DNA of 64,000 nucleotides from an uncultured Pelagibius sp. (GCA_964472095.1 CAYYIV010000022.1:4314-68313), one strand, 5' to 3'; positions 20,543 through 30,548 are shown, counted from the first letter of the stretch. Numbers and translations are program-made. Notes: a model not told the origin generated them from the letters alone.

Positions 20543-21508
20543 TCACAGGTCGAAGTCGGCGATCAGGGGGGCGTGGTTGGAGCGCGGGTCGTCTTCGGCC
20601 ATCTCGGTCTCATCGGCCAGGTCGTCATTGTCGGCCTCGACTCCGCGACAGCACGCAGCGAGCTGCTGCGAGCAGAGGATGTGGTCGAGCATGCGCCGGT
20701 GTCCGCCGTGCAACACCGTGAAGCGGCGCGGCTCCGGCAGCCGGCCCTCCAGCGCCTCCAGCGCGCGGTCGGCCAGTGCCGGGTTGCCGCTGTCCTCCAC
20801 CCGCGCCTGCAGGATGCGCGAGGGCGTCTCCTCCTCGCCGGCGTTGAGGTCGCCGCAGACGGCGACCAGCGCCTCGGGCTCCGCATCGAAAAGCCGCTCG
20901 ACCAGCAGCCGCGCCTCCAGCGCCTGGCCGCTGCGCTTCAGCGTCGCGGTGAAGTAACCCTCGGCCCAGCCGGCGAGCGAGCCCCAGGTATCGGCGTTCA
21001 GCTTCTGTCCGGGGATCGGCGAGGCCAGCGGACTGCGCAGGTGCAGGTTGACGACGTGCAACGGCCCGACCGAGGGCAGGTCGAAGACAGCGTGCAGCAA
21101 CGGCCGGTCCCACGCGAGGGTGAGGTCGCGCGCCGTGGCCGGCTCCGCAGTCAGCGAGCGATAGGGCAGTGGCGGAACCAGGTGGTGGCGCAGCACCTCG
21201 ATCTCGCGCGCCGGCCAGCGGCTGAGGATCACCAGGTTTTGGACGTCGGCCACGCCCTTGCCGCCCTTCCCGGCGCCGGCGGCGAGATGGAAATCGCGGT
21301 AGCCGGTGCCATCGAGCAGGCGCGTCAGCGCCGTGAGCTCGCGCCCCGTGCCGCCGGCGACGTGCTGGCCGTTGACCTCCTGCAGGCAGAGAACATCGGC
21401 CTGCAAGCGATCGAGCTGCGGCCCCAGCACCGCCGCGCGGCGCGCGAAGACGGCCTCGCCGCCCGGGGTGAGGTCAAGGCTTTCCAGGTTGAAGGTGGCA
21501 ATGCGCAT
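20543..21508 (-). CDS. Endonuclease/exonuclease/phosphatase (EEP) family protein
   Basis: MRIATFNLESL...ADVLCLQEV and a C-terminal SNHAPLIADFDL are EEP catalytic motifs. The start is set at the internal ATG 21506-21508. Confidence 0.8.
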   Translation of the reverse strand: MRIATFNLESLDLTPGGEAVFARRAAVLGPQLDRLQADVLCLQEVNGQHVAGGTGRELTALTRLLDGTGYRDFHLAAGAGKGGKGVADVQNLVILSRWPAREIEVLRHHLVPPLPYRSLTAEPATARDLTLAWDRPLLHAVFDLPSVGPLHVVNLHLRSPLASPIPGQKLNADTWGSLAGWAEGYFTATLKRSGQALEARLLVERLFDAEPEALVAVCGDLNAGEEETPSRILQARVEDSGNPALADRALEALEGRLPEPRRFTVLHGGHRRMLDHILCSQQLAACCRGVEADNDDLADETEMAEDDPRSNHAPLIADFDL

Positions 21509-21679
21509 GATCGCTCCCGGCGGTCCTTCGGCGTCGAGTGCCTGTTCGCCCTTCGCTTGTGCCCGAACGAGCGTGCACAAGTCCAGCCCCCGAAGCGCTC
21601 GCGGACGCGAAAGCATTGGCGCAGGCGCCCCCTGGCTCTAGACTGGACGGCAATAAGAGCCTGAAACGGGGAAACGTCC

Positions 21680-22315
21680 TTGGTTGGAACGAAACTGGAT
21701 ATCTGGCACTCCGAAGACGAGCCGCGCCTCGGCGCGGTGCTCGCCGAGTGCTGGCATCTGCTCGCCGACGGCGTTGCCGACCCGCAGCACGACTTTCACC
21801 TCACGTCGCTGGCGACCGCGCACGCCGGTCTCGGCTGCACCCTGCGCACGGTGGTGCTGCGCAAGGTCGACCCCGCTGCGCGCGAGCTGTGGTTCTACAC
21901 CGACCTGCGCAGCCGCAAGATCGGCGAGATCCAGAACGACCCGCGCGTCGCCCTGCTGTTCCACTCCCTGAGCGACGACACCCAGTTGCGCGTGCAGGCC
22001 GAAGCGACGATCCATCATCGCGACACCCTCGCCGAGGCAGCCTGGCGCGAGCTGACGCCACGCCGGCGCCGCGACTATCTGGTCTCCGGCCCGCGTGGCC
22101 TGCCTTGGGCCTGGGCGACCTCCGGCCTGCCCGCCGAGTTGGAGAGCCGCGACCCCAACGAAGCGGAGAGCGAGGCCGGGCGGCTGAACTTCGCCGTGGT
22201 GGCCTGCCACATCAGGCAGCTGGACTGGCTTTTCCTCACCCCCTACGGCCACCGCCGCGCCAACTTCGCCTGGAACGGCGACGGGCAACTGCAGACCAGC
22301 TGGCTGGTGCCGTGA
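21680..22315 (+). CDS. Pyridoxamine 5'-phosphate oxidase-like FMN-binding family protein
   Basis: LRTVVLRKVDPAARELWFYTDLRSRKIGEIQNDPRVALLFH...QLRVQAEA shows the PNPOx split-barrel pattern. The TTG start is uncertain. Confidence 0.65.
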   Translation: MVGTKLDIWHSEDEPRLGAVLAECWHLLADGVADPQHDFHLTSLATAHAGLGCTLRTVVLRKVDPAARELWFYTDLRSRKIGEIQNDPRVALLFHSLSDDTQLRVQAEATIHHRDTLAEAAWRELTPRRRRDYLVSGPRGLPWAWATSGLPAELESRDPNEAESEAGRLNFAVVACHIRQLDWLFLTPYGHRRANFAWNGDGQLQTSWLVP

Positions 22316-22713
22316 ACCGAATATGGAGCGGGCAGGCATTCAGCGTGTCCCACGCCGACGGCGGCAAGTTCGAGGGCACCGGGCTGAGGGCCTTCTTCGA
22401 GTATCGCGATCTCGGCATCGCGGGGGCGAGCGGCGGCAGGTTCGGCGCCCACGTCATCCGCGCTGTGCCCGGCAGGGAAAGCCCCGGCGCCTGGCACAGG
22501 CACGACCTGGAGTTCCAGATGGTCTACGTGACCAAGGGCTGGGTCGTCTTCGAATACGAAGGCAGCGGCGAGCAGGTGCTCCGCGAAGGCTCCTGCGTCC
22601 TGCAGCCGCCGGGCATCCGCCACCGCGAAGTACGCCATTCCGACGACATGGAACTGATCGAAATCACCGCGCCCGCCGATTTCGCTACCCACGAGTCTGA
22701 CTCGCCGGCGTAA
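22312..22713 (+). CDS. Cupin domain-containing protein
   Basis: This is the C-terminal part of track ORF 21538..22713: AWHRHDLEFQMVYVTKGWVVFEYEGSGEQVLREGSCVLQPPGIRHREV (cupin motifs 1 and 2). A GTG at 22312 overlaps the upstream stop (GTGA). Confidence 0.7.
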   Translation: MNRIWSGQAFSVSHADGGKFEGTGLRAFFEYRDLGIAGASGGRFGAHVIRAVPGRESPGAWHRHDLEFQMVYVTKGWVVFEYEGSGEQVLREGSCVLQPPGIRHREVRHSDDMELIEITAPADFATHESDSPA

Positions 22714-22718
22714 GCCGT

Positions 22719-23264
22719 TCAGAACGACGAGTTCGGCTGGGTGAGGAATTCCAACTCCTCCTCCGTGCTTTCGCGGCCGAGGATGGCGTTGCGGTGGGGG
22801 AAGCGGCCGAAGCGGGCGATGACGTCGCGGTGGCGCTCGGCGTAGGAGAGGAACTCGCCGGCGTTCGCCAGCACCGCCATGAGCGCGACGCAGTCCTGCT
22901 GGTCCTTGAGGTCCTCGCTGTGTTCCAGTGGCATGTAGAGGAACACCCGTTCGACATCGTCGAGCGCCTTGTCGAAACCCTGCTTGAGGGTATGGCGCGT
23001 GACCTCGCGGGCGGCCGCGTCGCTGGCAAAGGCGCGCGGCGTGCCGCGGAAGACATTGCGCGGCACCTGGTCGAACAGCAGGCAGAGCGCGAGGCAGCCG
23101 CGCGGCTCGCGCCGCCAGTCGGCGTACTTGCCGAGGCGCGCCGCCTCGAAGTGCGACAGCAGTGCGCGGCGCACTTCGCCGTCGAAGGCGTCGCTGGCCT
23201 CGAACCACTGTGCCTGGCGGCCCGCGGCAAACCAGAAGCCGAGCACGTCGTCGAGCGCGCTCAT
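22719..23264 (-). CDS. DUF924 family protein
   Basis: VLGFWF...WF..., CLLFDQVPRNVFRGTPRAFASD, FLYMPLEHSED and RFGRFPHRNAILGRESTEEE are present. Its ATG overlaps the stop of the upstream dehydrogenase gene (TCAT at 23261-23264). Confidence 0.8.
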   Translation of the reverse strand: MSALDDVLGFWFAAGRQAQWFEASDAFDGEVRRALLSHFEAARLGKYADWRREPRGCLALCLLFDQVPRNVFRGTPRAFASDAAAREVTRHTLKQGFDKALDDVERVFLYMPLEHSEDLKDQQDCVALMAVLANAGEFLSYAERHRDVIARFGRFPHRNAILGRESTEEELEFLTQPNSSF

Positions 23265-24349
23265 GCCGCGGCCTGCAGGTTTTCGAGCACCCGCCGCGTC
23301 ACCTCGGCCGTGCCGTCGGGGCCACCGAACTCGCAAGGACGCAGGCTGCCGCCGGCATAGGCGCGGTCGACCGCCCGGGTGATGAGCCGCGCCGCCTGCT
23401 CGGCCTTGGGCTCGTCGTGCCGCTCGGCCAGCCAGTCGAGCATCATGGCGGCGGAGAGGAAGGTCGCCGTCGGATTCGCCTGGCCCTTGCCCGCGATGTC
23501 CGGCGCGCTGCCGTGGCAGGGCTGGAACACCGCGCGGTGGTGGCCGATATCGGCGGAGGGAGCCATGCCGAGCCCGCCCATGAGTCCGGCCGCCAGGTCG
23601 GAGAGGATGTCGCCATACATGTTCTCGGTCACCATTACGTCGAAGGTCCAGGGATGCTTGATGAGGTCGAGCGCCATGGCGTCGACATAGCGATGGCGCG
23701 CCGCGACGTCGGGAAAATATTTTGCGCGCTCGTCGAAGATGCGGCGGAAGAACACCATGCTGCCGAGCACGTTGGCCTTGTCGACGCAGGTCAGCACGCC
23801 GGCATGGCCCTTGGCCTTGCGCCGCTCGGCCAGCCTGAAGCAGAAGTCGAAAAGCCGCTCGGAGGCCGCACGGGTGATGACCTGCACGTCGCGTGCCTCG
23901 TCTTCGGTATGCTCGGTCCTGCCGCGCGCGGCGAAGAGGCCCTCGGTCTGCTCGCGCACCAGGACGAAGTCGACCCCTGTTGCGCGCGAATCGGCCAGCG
24001 GCAGGGGCGCGCCGGGAATGGCGCGCACCGGGTGCACGCCAGCAAAGAGGCTCCAGCGCTCGCGCAGATCCAGCTGCGGCGCGATCTCGCGGCCGTCGGG
24101 GTAGCGCACCTCCGGCAGGCCCATGGCGCCGAGCAGGATGGCGTCGGCCGCTGCCGCCGCCTCGACGGTCTCCTCGGCGATGGCGACTCCCCGCTCCCGG
24201 TAGACCAGCGCGCCGGCCTCCAGCGTCGTGAAGTGCAGCTTCAGGTCACCGACGACGCGGCAGGCTGCCGCCAGCAGGTCGAGGCTCGGCACGATGACCT
24301 CCGGGCCGATGCCGTCGCCCGGCAGCACAGCGATGTGAAACTCCACCAT
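23261..24349 (-). CDS. Isocitrate/isopropylmalate (tartrate/D-malate) dehydrogenase family protein
   Basis: IAVLPGDGIGPEV, VDFVLVREQTEGLF, NMYGDILSDLAAGLMGGLGMAPSADIG and FQPCHGSAPDIAGKGQANP are present. Confidence 0.85.
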   Translation of the reverse strand: MVEFHIAVLPGDGIGPEVIVPSLDLLAAACRVVGDLKLHFTTLEAGALVYRERGVAIAEETVEAAAAADAILLGAMGLPEVRYPDGREIAPQLDLRERWSLFAGVHPVRAIPGAPLPLADSRATGVDFVLVREQTEGLFAARGRTEHTEDEARDVQVITRAASERLFDFCFRLAERRKAKGHAGVLTCVDKANVLGSMVFFRRIFDERAKYFPDVAARHRYVDAMALDLIKHPWTFDVMVTENMYGDILSDLAAGLMGGLGMAPSADIGHHRAVFQPCHGSAPDIAGKGQANPTATFLSAAMMLDWLAERHDEPKAEQAARLITRAVDRAYAGGSLRPCEFGGPDGTAEVTRRVLENLQAAA

Positions 24350-24486
24350 CGGCGTCAGCGTCCCTTTCCGCCACAGGCGCAGGTACGAGAGGGCCGCGCA
24401 TTGCCTGATCGGCCCTTACCTGAGAGGGGCGACTATAGTAGCTTCCAGGCGCCCTTTGCCAGGATGAAGCCCCAAGGAGGCTGTCG

Positions 24487-25464
24487 TTGTCCCCTGCCGA
24501 ACCCTTGCTGCCGCTCTCCGAAGTGAACTTCCTGGGCGCCGGGCTCGACAGGCCGGAATGCCTGCTCTGCACCTCCAACGGCGACATCTACAGCGCCGAC
24601 GGGCGTGGCGGCGTGGCGCGCAGCCGCGCCTTCGGTCCGCAGGCGCTCTACCAGGCCGCCGGCGGCGCCGAGGCGCTCCGGCCGAACGGGATCGCCCTGC
24701 AGCGCGACGGTTCCTTCCTGGTCACCAATCTGAACGACGCCGGCGGCCTCTTCCGCCTCGATCGCGACGGACGCCTCAACGAGGTGCTGCGCGAGGTCGA
24801 CGGCATCGAGCTGCCGGCCACCAGCTTCGTGCTGATCGACGACCGGGGTCGCGTCTGGGTCACCGTCTCGACGCGCCAGAGTCCGCGCGCCCTCGGCTAC
24901 CGCCGCGACGTGGCCGATGGATTCGTCGTGCTGATCGACGGCAAGGGCGCGCGCATCGTCGCCGACGGCCTCGGCTACGCCAGCGAACTGCAGCTCGACC
25001 GCCACGGCGAGCACCTCTTCGTGGCCGAGACCTTCGGGCGCCGCCTGACCCGCTTCCGTATCGGCCGCTTCGGCACCCTCAGGGAACCCACGGTGATCGC
25101 CGGGTTCGGCGCCGGCACTTTCCCCGACGGCCTCGCCATGGACATTGAGGACCACCTCTGGGTCACCTCACCGGTCTCCAACCGGGTCATCCGCGTGGCG
25201 CCCGACGGCGCCCAGACCCTGATGCTGGAGGACAGCGACCCCGGCCACCTGGCCGCGGTGGAAGCCGCCTACGAGTCCGGCAGCCTGGGCCGCGCGCACC
25301 TCGACCGGGCGCGGAGCCAGAAGCTGCACAACCTCTCCAGCCTCGCCTTCGGCGGGCGCAACCTGCGTACCGCCTTCCTCGGCAGCCTGCTCGGCGAGCG
25401 CATCGCCTTCTTCCGCGCACCGGTCATGGGCCGCCCGCCGGTACACTGGCATTACAATTTTTAG
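24487..25464 (+). CDS. SMP-30/gluconolactonase/LRE family protein
   Basis: PECLLCTSNGDIY, PNGIALQRDGSFLVTN, LFVAETFGRRLTRF, PDGLAMDIEDHLWV and LAFGGRNLRTAFLGS show the beta-propeller lactonase pattern. The TTG start is preceded by AAGGAGG. Confidence 0.8.
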   Translation: MSPAEPLLPLSEVNFLGAGLDRPECLLCTSNGDIYSADGRGGVARSRAFGPQALYQAAGGAEALRPNGIALQRDGSFLVTNLNDAGGLFRLDRDGRLNEVLREVDGIELPATSFVLIDDRGRVWVTVSTRQSPRALGYRRDVADGFVVLIDGKGARIVADGLGYASELQLDRHGEHLFVAETFGRRLTRFRIGRFGTLREPTVIAGFGAGTFPDGLAMDIEDHLWVTSPVSNRVIRVAPDGAQTLMLEDSDPGHLAAVEAAYESGSLGRAHLDRARSQKLHNLSSLAFGGRNLRTAFLGSLLGERIAFFRAPVMGRPPVHWHYNF

Positions 25465-25481
25465 AGATCGGAGCCCCCGGC

Positions 25482-26288
25482 ATGTCTCTCAGCAAGGACA
25501 ACATCGTCGCCGCCAACCGCGGTGCCTGGAACGAAGCGGCCGACCATCACCGCGCCCACGCGCAGTACGCCGCGCTGCTGGCCGGCTTCGCCACGCCCGG
25601 CTTCTCGGTGCTCGACGAGACGCTGACCGGGCGGCTCCTGGCGCTCGGCCTCGAAGGCAAGGCGGTGGTGCAGCTCTGCTGCAACAACGCCCGCGAGCTG
25701 CTCTCCGTGAAGAACCTCGGCGCGGCCAGCGTGACCGGCTTCGACTTCGCCGCCGCCTTCCTCGACCAGGCGCGCGAGCTGGCCGCCGCCGGCGGCATCG
25801 AGGCAGAGTTCGTGCAGACCGAGGTCGCGAAGATCCCCGCCGACTACGACGGCCGCTTCGACCTCGCCCTCGTCACCATCGGCGTGCTCGGCTGGATGCC
25901 GGACCTGAAGGAATTCTTCGGCACCGCGCGGCGCCTGCTGAAGCCCGGCGGCCATCTGGTGATCTATGAGGACCACCCGATCCTCAACATGTACGACGAC
26001 CGCGACCACGGCGGCCCGCCGCAGCCCGACGAGTCCTACTTTCGGGCCGAGCCCTACCGCCATGACAGCGGCCTCGACTACTGGTCCAACCAGGACTATC
26101 AGGCGCAGCCCTGCTACTGGAACTTCCACAAGATGAGCGACGTCCTCATGGCGCTGGTCCGCGCCGGCTTCGCCCTCGAGGATTTCGAGGAATTCCCCCA
26201 CAACATCGGCACCCGCGCCCACATGGAGAACCAGCCCCAGCAGCTGCCGCTGAGCTACATCCTGGTGGGGCGGCGCGCACACCGCTAA
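25482..26288 (+). CDS. Class I SAM-dependent methyltransferase
   Basis: GKAVVQLCCNNARELL...VTGFDF (motif I variant) and LLKPGGHLVIYEDHP (post-II/III) are present. Confidence 0.75.
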   Translation: MSLSKDNIVAANRGAWNEAADHHRAHAQYAALLAGFATPGFSVLDETLTGRLLALGLEGKAVVQLCCNNARELLSVKNLGAASVTGFDFAAAFLDQARELAAAGGIEAEFVQTEVAKIPADYDGRFDLALVTIGVLGWMPDLKEFFGTARRLLKPGGHLVIYEDHPILNMYDDRDHGGPPQPDESYFRAEPYRHDSGLDYWSNQDYQAQPCYWNFHKMSDVLMALVRAGFALEDFEEFPHNIGTRAHMENQPQQLPLSYILVGRRAHR

Positions 26289-26316
26289 GCCTGCCCTGGC
26301 AAAATAGGAGGAAGCT

Positions 26317-26733
26317 ATGCAGATAGAGCCTTACCTGTTCTTCGACGGCCGCGCCGAAGAGGCGGCCGAATTCTACAAAGAAGCACTCGGCGCCGAGGTG
26401 GAAATGCTCATGCGCTTCAAGGACAGCCCTGAGCCCCGCGAAGGCATGGTCCCGCCGGGTTCCGAGGACAAAGTGATGCACATGTCCCTCAAGATCGGTG
26501 GGTCGAGGGTGATGGGCTCCGACGGCCACTGCCAGGGAGCACCCAAGTTCGCCGGTATCTCGCTGTCGCTCACCGTGGCCGACGAGACCGAGGCGGAAAA
26601 GACCTTCGCCGCGCTTGCCGACGGCGGCGAGGTGCAGATGCCGCTCGCCAAAACCTTCTTCAGCCCACGCTTCGGCATGGTCGCCGACCGCTTCGGCGTC
26701 TCCTGGATGGTGATCGTGGAGGCAAAGGCGTGA
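26317..26733 (+). CDS. VOC family protein, PhnB/YjdN-like
   Basis: MQIEPYLFFDGRAEEAAEFYKEALGAEV...VMHMSLKIGGSRVMGSD...FFSPRFGMVADRFGVSWMV matches this family. Confidence 0.8.
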   Translation: MQIEPYLFFDGRAEEAAEFYKEALGAEVEMLMRFKDSPEPREGMVPPGSEDKVMHMSLKIGGSRVMGSDGHCQGAPKFAGISLSLTVADETEAEKTFAALADGGEVQMPLAKTFFSPRFGMVADRFGVSWMVIVEAKA

Positions 26734-26754
26734 GGTATTTGAGCCCCGACAGGA

Positions 26755-27156
26755 TCAAGCGGTTGCCGGCCCCTTCAGTTCGATGGTGTTGCCGTCGGGG
26801 TCGTTGATGTAGACGGAGGGGCCGTCGCCCTCGGCGCCGTAGCGCTGCACGACCTCGCCGGGGTCGATGCCGTGGCTTGCCAGATGGCTGCGCAGGGCCG
26901 GCGGGTCGAAGGGATCGATGCGGATCGCGAAGTGGTCCATGTTGCGGGTCGTTACGACCAGCTCGGACTCCTCCGGCCCGGGGTTGACGCGCTGCAGGTC
27001 GATCATCGAGGCGCCGGCGCGCATCTGGATGAGGCCGATGCGCTCGACCCGGCGCTCCTCGCGGCAGCCCAGCACCTCGGTATAGAACTTCAGCGCGCGG
27101 TCGAGGTCGCTGACGCAGACCACCACGTGGTCGATGTTCCTGATGGCGAAGGCCAT
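26755..27156 (-). CDS. VOC family protein (glyoxalase/bleomycin-resistance/dioxygenase fold)
   Basis: MAFAIRNIDHVVVCVSDLDRALKFYTEVLGCREE...HFAIRID...SVYINDPDGNTIEL is present. The start is set at the internal ATG 27154-27156. Confidence 0.8.
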   Translation of the reverse strand: MAFAIRNIDHVVVCVSDLDRALKFYTEVLGCREERRVERIGLIQMRAGASMIDLQRVNPGPEESELVVTTRNMDHFAIRIDPFDPPALRSHLASHGIDPGEVVQRYGAEGDGPSVYINDPDGNTIELKGPATA

Positions 27157-27231
27157 GGCGTGTTCTCTCCAATCTCCGATTTCTTGCAGAGCTCTACATA
27201 TAGGAAGTTTCCGCAAGCAGGAAATGCCGCG

Positions 27232-28080
27232 CTAACGCCCCGCCCCCGTCCTTTTCAGATAGCGTCCCGGGGTGTCGCCGAGGCTGCGGCGGAACATGGC
27301 GATGAAGGCGCTGGGGCTCTGGTAGCCGAGGTCGTAGGCGACGGATGTCACGGGCTCGCCCTCGGCAAGGCGCGCCACCGCCGTGGTGAGGCGCAGGCGC
27401 TCGCGCCAGGCGCCGAAGGTCATGCCGGTCTGCTTCACGAAGAGCCGCGCCAGGGTGCGCTCGCTGGCGCCCGCGCCCTTCGCCCAGTCGGCCAGGGCGC
27501 GGCCGTCGGCAGGATCGGCCAGCAAGGCCTCGGCGATCTTCTTCAGGCGCGGGTCGCGCGGGTGCGGCAGGTGCAGGGGCTCCGGCTTCAGCGCGCGCAG
27601 CTCGTCGAAGATCACCGCCATGACCCGGGCGCCGGCACTCCCGGGCGCATAGTCGAGGCCGACCTCCATGGCGCGCAGGATGAGCTGGCGTAGCAGCGCC
27701 GGGATCGCGACCACGCAGCACTCGCTTGGTAGCTCGCGCGCCACGGCCGCGTCGACGTAGAGCGTGCGCATGGCGATCCCCGCCCGGTGGCCGACCTGGT
27801 GCTCGACGCCCGGCGGCACCCAGACCGCCTGTGCAGGCGCGACCACCCAGGTGCCGGCCGCGGTGCTCACCTGCATGACGCCCTGGTCGGCATAGAGCAG
27901 CTGGCCGCGCCGGTGGTGGTGCCAGGGGCGGAGCGAGGCGCCGCTGTAGTCGATGGCAAGCGGCGCGACGGGCCGCCTGGGGTCGTCCAGGTTGCCGGGA
28001 TGGTCCGGTAGCGGGTCGCTGTGGACATGGTCCGGCCCGCGTCGCAGGATCCTGCTGTTGCTTTGTCCGTTTCGCGTCAT
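27232..28080 (-). CDS. AraC family transcriptional regulator (cupin sensor plus HTH)
   Basis: An N-terminal cupin (WHHHRRGQLLYADQGVMQVST...WVPPGVEHQ) is followed by a C-terminal AraC HTH (SERTLARLFVKQTGMTFGAWRERLRL...VTSVAYDLGYQSPSAFIAMFRRSLG). Confidence 0.85.
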   Translation of the reverse strand: MTRNGQSNSRILRRGPDHVHSDPLPDHPGNLDDPRRPVAPLAIDYSGASLRPWHHHRRGQLLYADQGVMQVSTAAGTWVVAPAQAVWVPPGVEHQVGHRAGIAMRTLYVDAAVARELPSECCVVAIPALLRQLILRAMEVGLDYAPGSAGARVMAVIFDELRALKPEPLHLPHPRDPRLKKIAEALLADPADGRALADWAKGAGASERTLARLFVKQTGMTFGAWRERLRLTTAVARLAEGEPVTSVAYDLGYQSPSAFIAMFRRSLGDTPGRYLKRTGAGR

Positions 28081-28133
28081 TCATTGGCATTCTACAGCAA
28101 GACGGGCAGATCGGGGAGCGGTATATCGGTTCG

Positions 28134-29369
28134 ATGCAAACGACCGAGACCCCTTCGCCCGACCGTGCCGCCCCGCTCGCCCGCTGGCAGCGGCCGGAGG
28201 TGCTGCTGCTGCTGATGGCGGCGGCCGTGCCGCTGTCCTTCGCCACCTGGCAGGCCCTGATCAATAACTTCGCCTACGAGCGCGCCGCCTTCGGCGGGGT
28301 CGAGATCGGCATCATGCAGTCGCTGCGCGAGGTGCCCGGATTCCTCGCCTTCGGCGTGGTCTTCCTGCTGCTGCTGATCCGCGAGCAGCGCCTGGCGCTC
28401 CTCGCGCTGCTGCTGCTCGGCCTCGGCACCGCGGCGACCGGCTTCTTCCCCACGGTGCTCGGCATCTACATCACCACCATCGTGATGTCGCTCGGCTATC
28501 ACTACTATGAGACGCTGCAGACCTCACTCTCGCTGCAATGGATCGACAAGCTCCGCGCGCCGGAGACCCTCGGCCGTCTCATCGCCATCGGCTCCTTCGC
28601 CTCGATCATCGTCTACGGCCTGGTGTGGTTCACCAGCGACCTGCTGGCGATGGACTACCTGTGGATCTACATGATCGGCGGCGGCGTCACGGCGGTGATC
28701 GCGCTGGTCGCCTGGCTCGGCTTTCCGCAGTTCAAGCAGCCGGTGGAGCAGCACAAGCACATGGTGCTGCGCAAACGCTACTGGCTCTACTACGCGCTGG
28801 TCTTCATGTCCGGCGCGCGGCGGCAGATCTTCATCGTCTTTGCCGGCTTCCTCATGGTGGAGAAATTCCACTACGACGTCGGCGCCATCGCCCTGCTGTT
28901 CCTCGTCAACGCCGCGATCAACGTGTGGGCGGCGCCGAAGATCGGCCGCCTCATCGCCCGCATCGGCGAGCGCAAGGCCCTCATATTCGAGTACCTTGGC
29001 CTGATCGGCGTGTTCACCGCCTATGCCTTCGTCGAGAACGCCACGGTGGCGGCCGGGCTCTACGTGGTCGACCACCTGTTCTTCGCGCTGGCCATCGCCA
29101 TCAAGACCTACTTCCAAAAGATCGCCGACCCGGCCGACATCGCCTCCACCGCCGGCGTCAGCTTCACCATCAACCACATCGCCGCGGTCTTCATCCCGGT
29201 CGCCTTCGGCTTCCTCTGGCTGGTCTCCCCGGCAGCCGTCTTCCTGGCCGGCAGCGCCATGGCCTGCTGCTCGCTCATCCTCGCCTTGAACGTGCCGCGC
29301 CACCCGCGGCCCGGCGAGGAAGTCCTCGTCGGCCGCGTTGTGGTGCCGGCCGCCGCAGCGGCGGAATAG
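28134..29369 (+). CDS. MFS-like multi-pass membrane transporter
   Basis: About 12 hydrophobic segments are visible, and it is divergent from the AraC regulator. I recognise no specific subfamily motif. Confidence 0.65.
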   Translation: MQTTETPSPDRAAPLARWQRPEVLLLLMAAAVPLSFATWQALINNFAYERAAFGGVEIGIMQSLREVPGFLAFGVVFLLLLIREQRLALLALLLLGLGTAATGFFPTVLGIYITTIVMSLGYHYYETLQTSLSLQWIDKLRAPETLGRLIAIGSFASIIVYGLVWFTSDLLAMDYLWIYMIGGGVTAVIALVAWLGFPQFKQPVEQHKHMVLRKRYWLYYALVFMSGARRQIFIVFAGFLMVEKFHYDVGAIALLFLVNAAINVWAAPKIGRLIARIGERKALIFEYLGLIGVFTAYAFVENATVAAGLYVVDHLFFALAIAIKTYFQKIADPADIASTAGVSFTINHIAAVFIPVAFGFLWLVSPAAVFLAGSAMACCSLILALNVPRHPRPGEEVLVGRVVVPAAAAAE

Positions 29370-29538
29370 GGCGGCTCGGGTCGCCGCCTGGACACCGATG
29401 ACGATGGTTGCGGCGGCGGTGTGTCGTAACAGACTGACCGAGCAAGAGCTTTACGGCCGTGGCCCCGCCCGCTATTGATCGGATCAGACCGGCCGCCCGG
29501 GCGGCCCGATCCAAGAAGCCTCATCAGGGAGAAGCCCC

Positions 29539-30510
29539 ATGTCGCGCAACAGCCTAACCGCCGTGCTGGCGGCCGCTGCGGTGATTTCCGCCTTCGCCTC
29601 CACTGTCGCCGGGAGCGCCGCGGCGGAGACCCGCGTCACCTACAAGTCGGCCAAGTCCGGCACCTCCTACTACCAGATGGCGGTGCAGATCGCCGAGGCC
29701 ACGAAGGCCGGCTCCGACGGTGAGATCATCGTCACCGTGGAGGAGAGCCAGGGCTCGGTGCAGAACGTGAAGGAGGCCGCCAACCGCTCCGGCAACTACG
29801 TCTTCACCACGCCGCCCGCGCTGACCCAGGCCGCCATCGCCGGCAAGGGCCAGTTCGAGCCCAAGGACCCGGCTTTCGAGAAGCTGCGCAGCCTCTTCCC
29901 GATCCCCTTCCTCACCATGCACTATGTCGTGCGCGAGGATTCCGGCGTCACCGACTTCGCCGGCCTCGCCGGCAAGAGCTTCATCATCGGCAAGGGCAGC
30001 TTCGGCGCCAGCGAGGCGGAGAAGAACTTCGAGACCTTCGGCGTCGCCGGCAAGGTGAATCTTGTGGATGTGGAGCTGAACTCCGCCGTGCCGGCGCTGA
30101 AGAACGGCCAGGTCGACGGCTTCGCCACCGCCGGCTCCTACCCCGCGCCCAACGTCATCGAGGCCGCCGCCGGCACCGGGGTCCGCCTGCTCTCCATGAC
30201 CGATGAACAGGTCGCCGCCACCGGGCGCACGAAGCTGGTGATCCCCGCCGGCACCTATCCCGGCATCGACACGGACGTGGTCACCACCTCGCTGCCGGTC
30301 GGCACCTACACCACCAGCGACATGGACGAGGCGACCGCCTACCAGCTCACCAAGACCTTCTGGGAGCGCAAAGACGACATGGCCAAGGCCAATCCCTGGT
30401 GGGACGGCGTGACACCGGTCCTGCTGGAGACCCTGGGTGCACCGCTGCACCCCGGCGCCCTCAAGTACTACAAGGAAGCCGGCATCGAGGTGCCCGGCGG
30501 CCTGATGTAG
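29539..30510 (+). CDS. TAXI-family TRAP transporter solute-binding protein
   Basis: It has a signal peptide, then SAKSGTSYYQMAVQIAE..., ESQGSVQNV..., and a C-terminal HPGALKYYKEAGI. Confidence 0.85.
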   Translation: MSRNSLTAVLAAAAVISAFASTVAGSAAAETRVTYKSAKSGTSYYQMAVQIAEATKAGSDGEIIVTVEESQGSVQNVKEAANRSGNYVFTTPPALTQAAIAGKGQFEPKDPAFEKLRSLFPIPFLTMHYVVREDSGVTDFAGLAGKSFIIGKGSFGASEAEKNFETFGVAGKVNLVDVELNSAVPALKNGQVDGFATAGSYPAPNVIEAAAGTGVRLLSMTDEQVAATGRTKLVIPAGTYPGIDTDVVTTSLPVGTYTTSDMDEATAYQLTKTFWERKDDMAKANPWWDGVTPVLLETLGAPLHPGALKYYKEAGIEVPGGLM

Positions 30511-30548
30511 GGCGAACGGCAAGCAGGCTATCCGAAGAGGTGATCGGG

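Noticed and set aside
29488-29510. The 16-bp perfect palindrome GGCCGCCCGGGCGGCC in the MFS/TAXI intergenic region as a terminator or riboswitch element.
   Set aside because: It has no T-tract and no recognisable riboswitch core, and it lies 120 nt from the upstream stop. GC-rich palindromes of this kind are common in such genomes.
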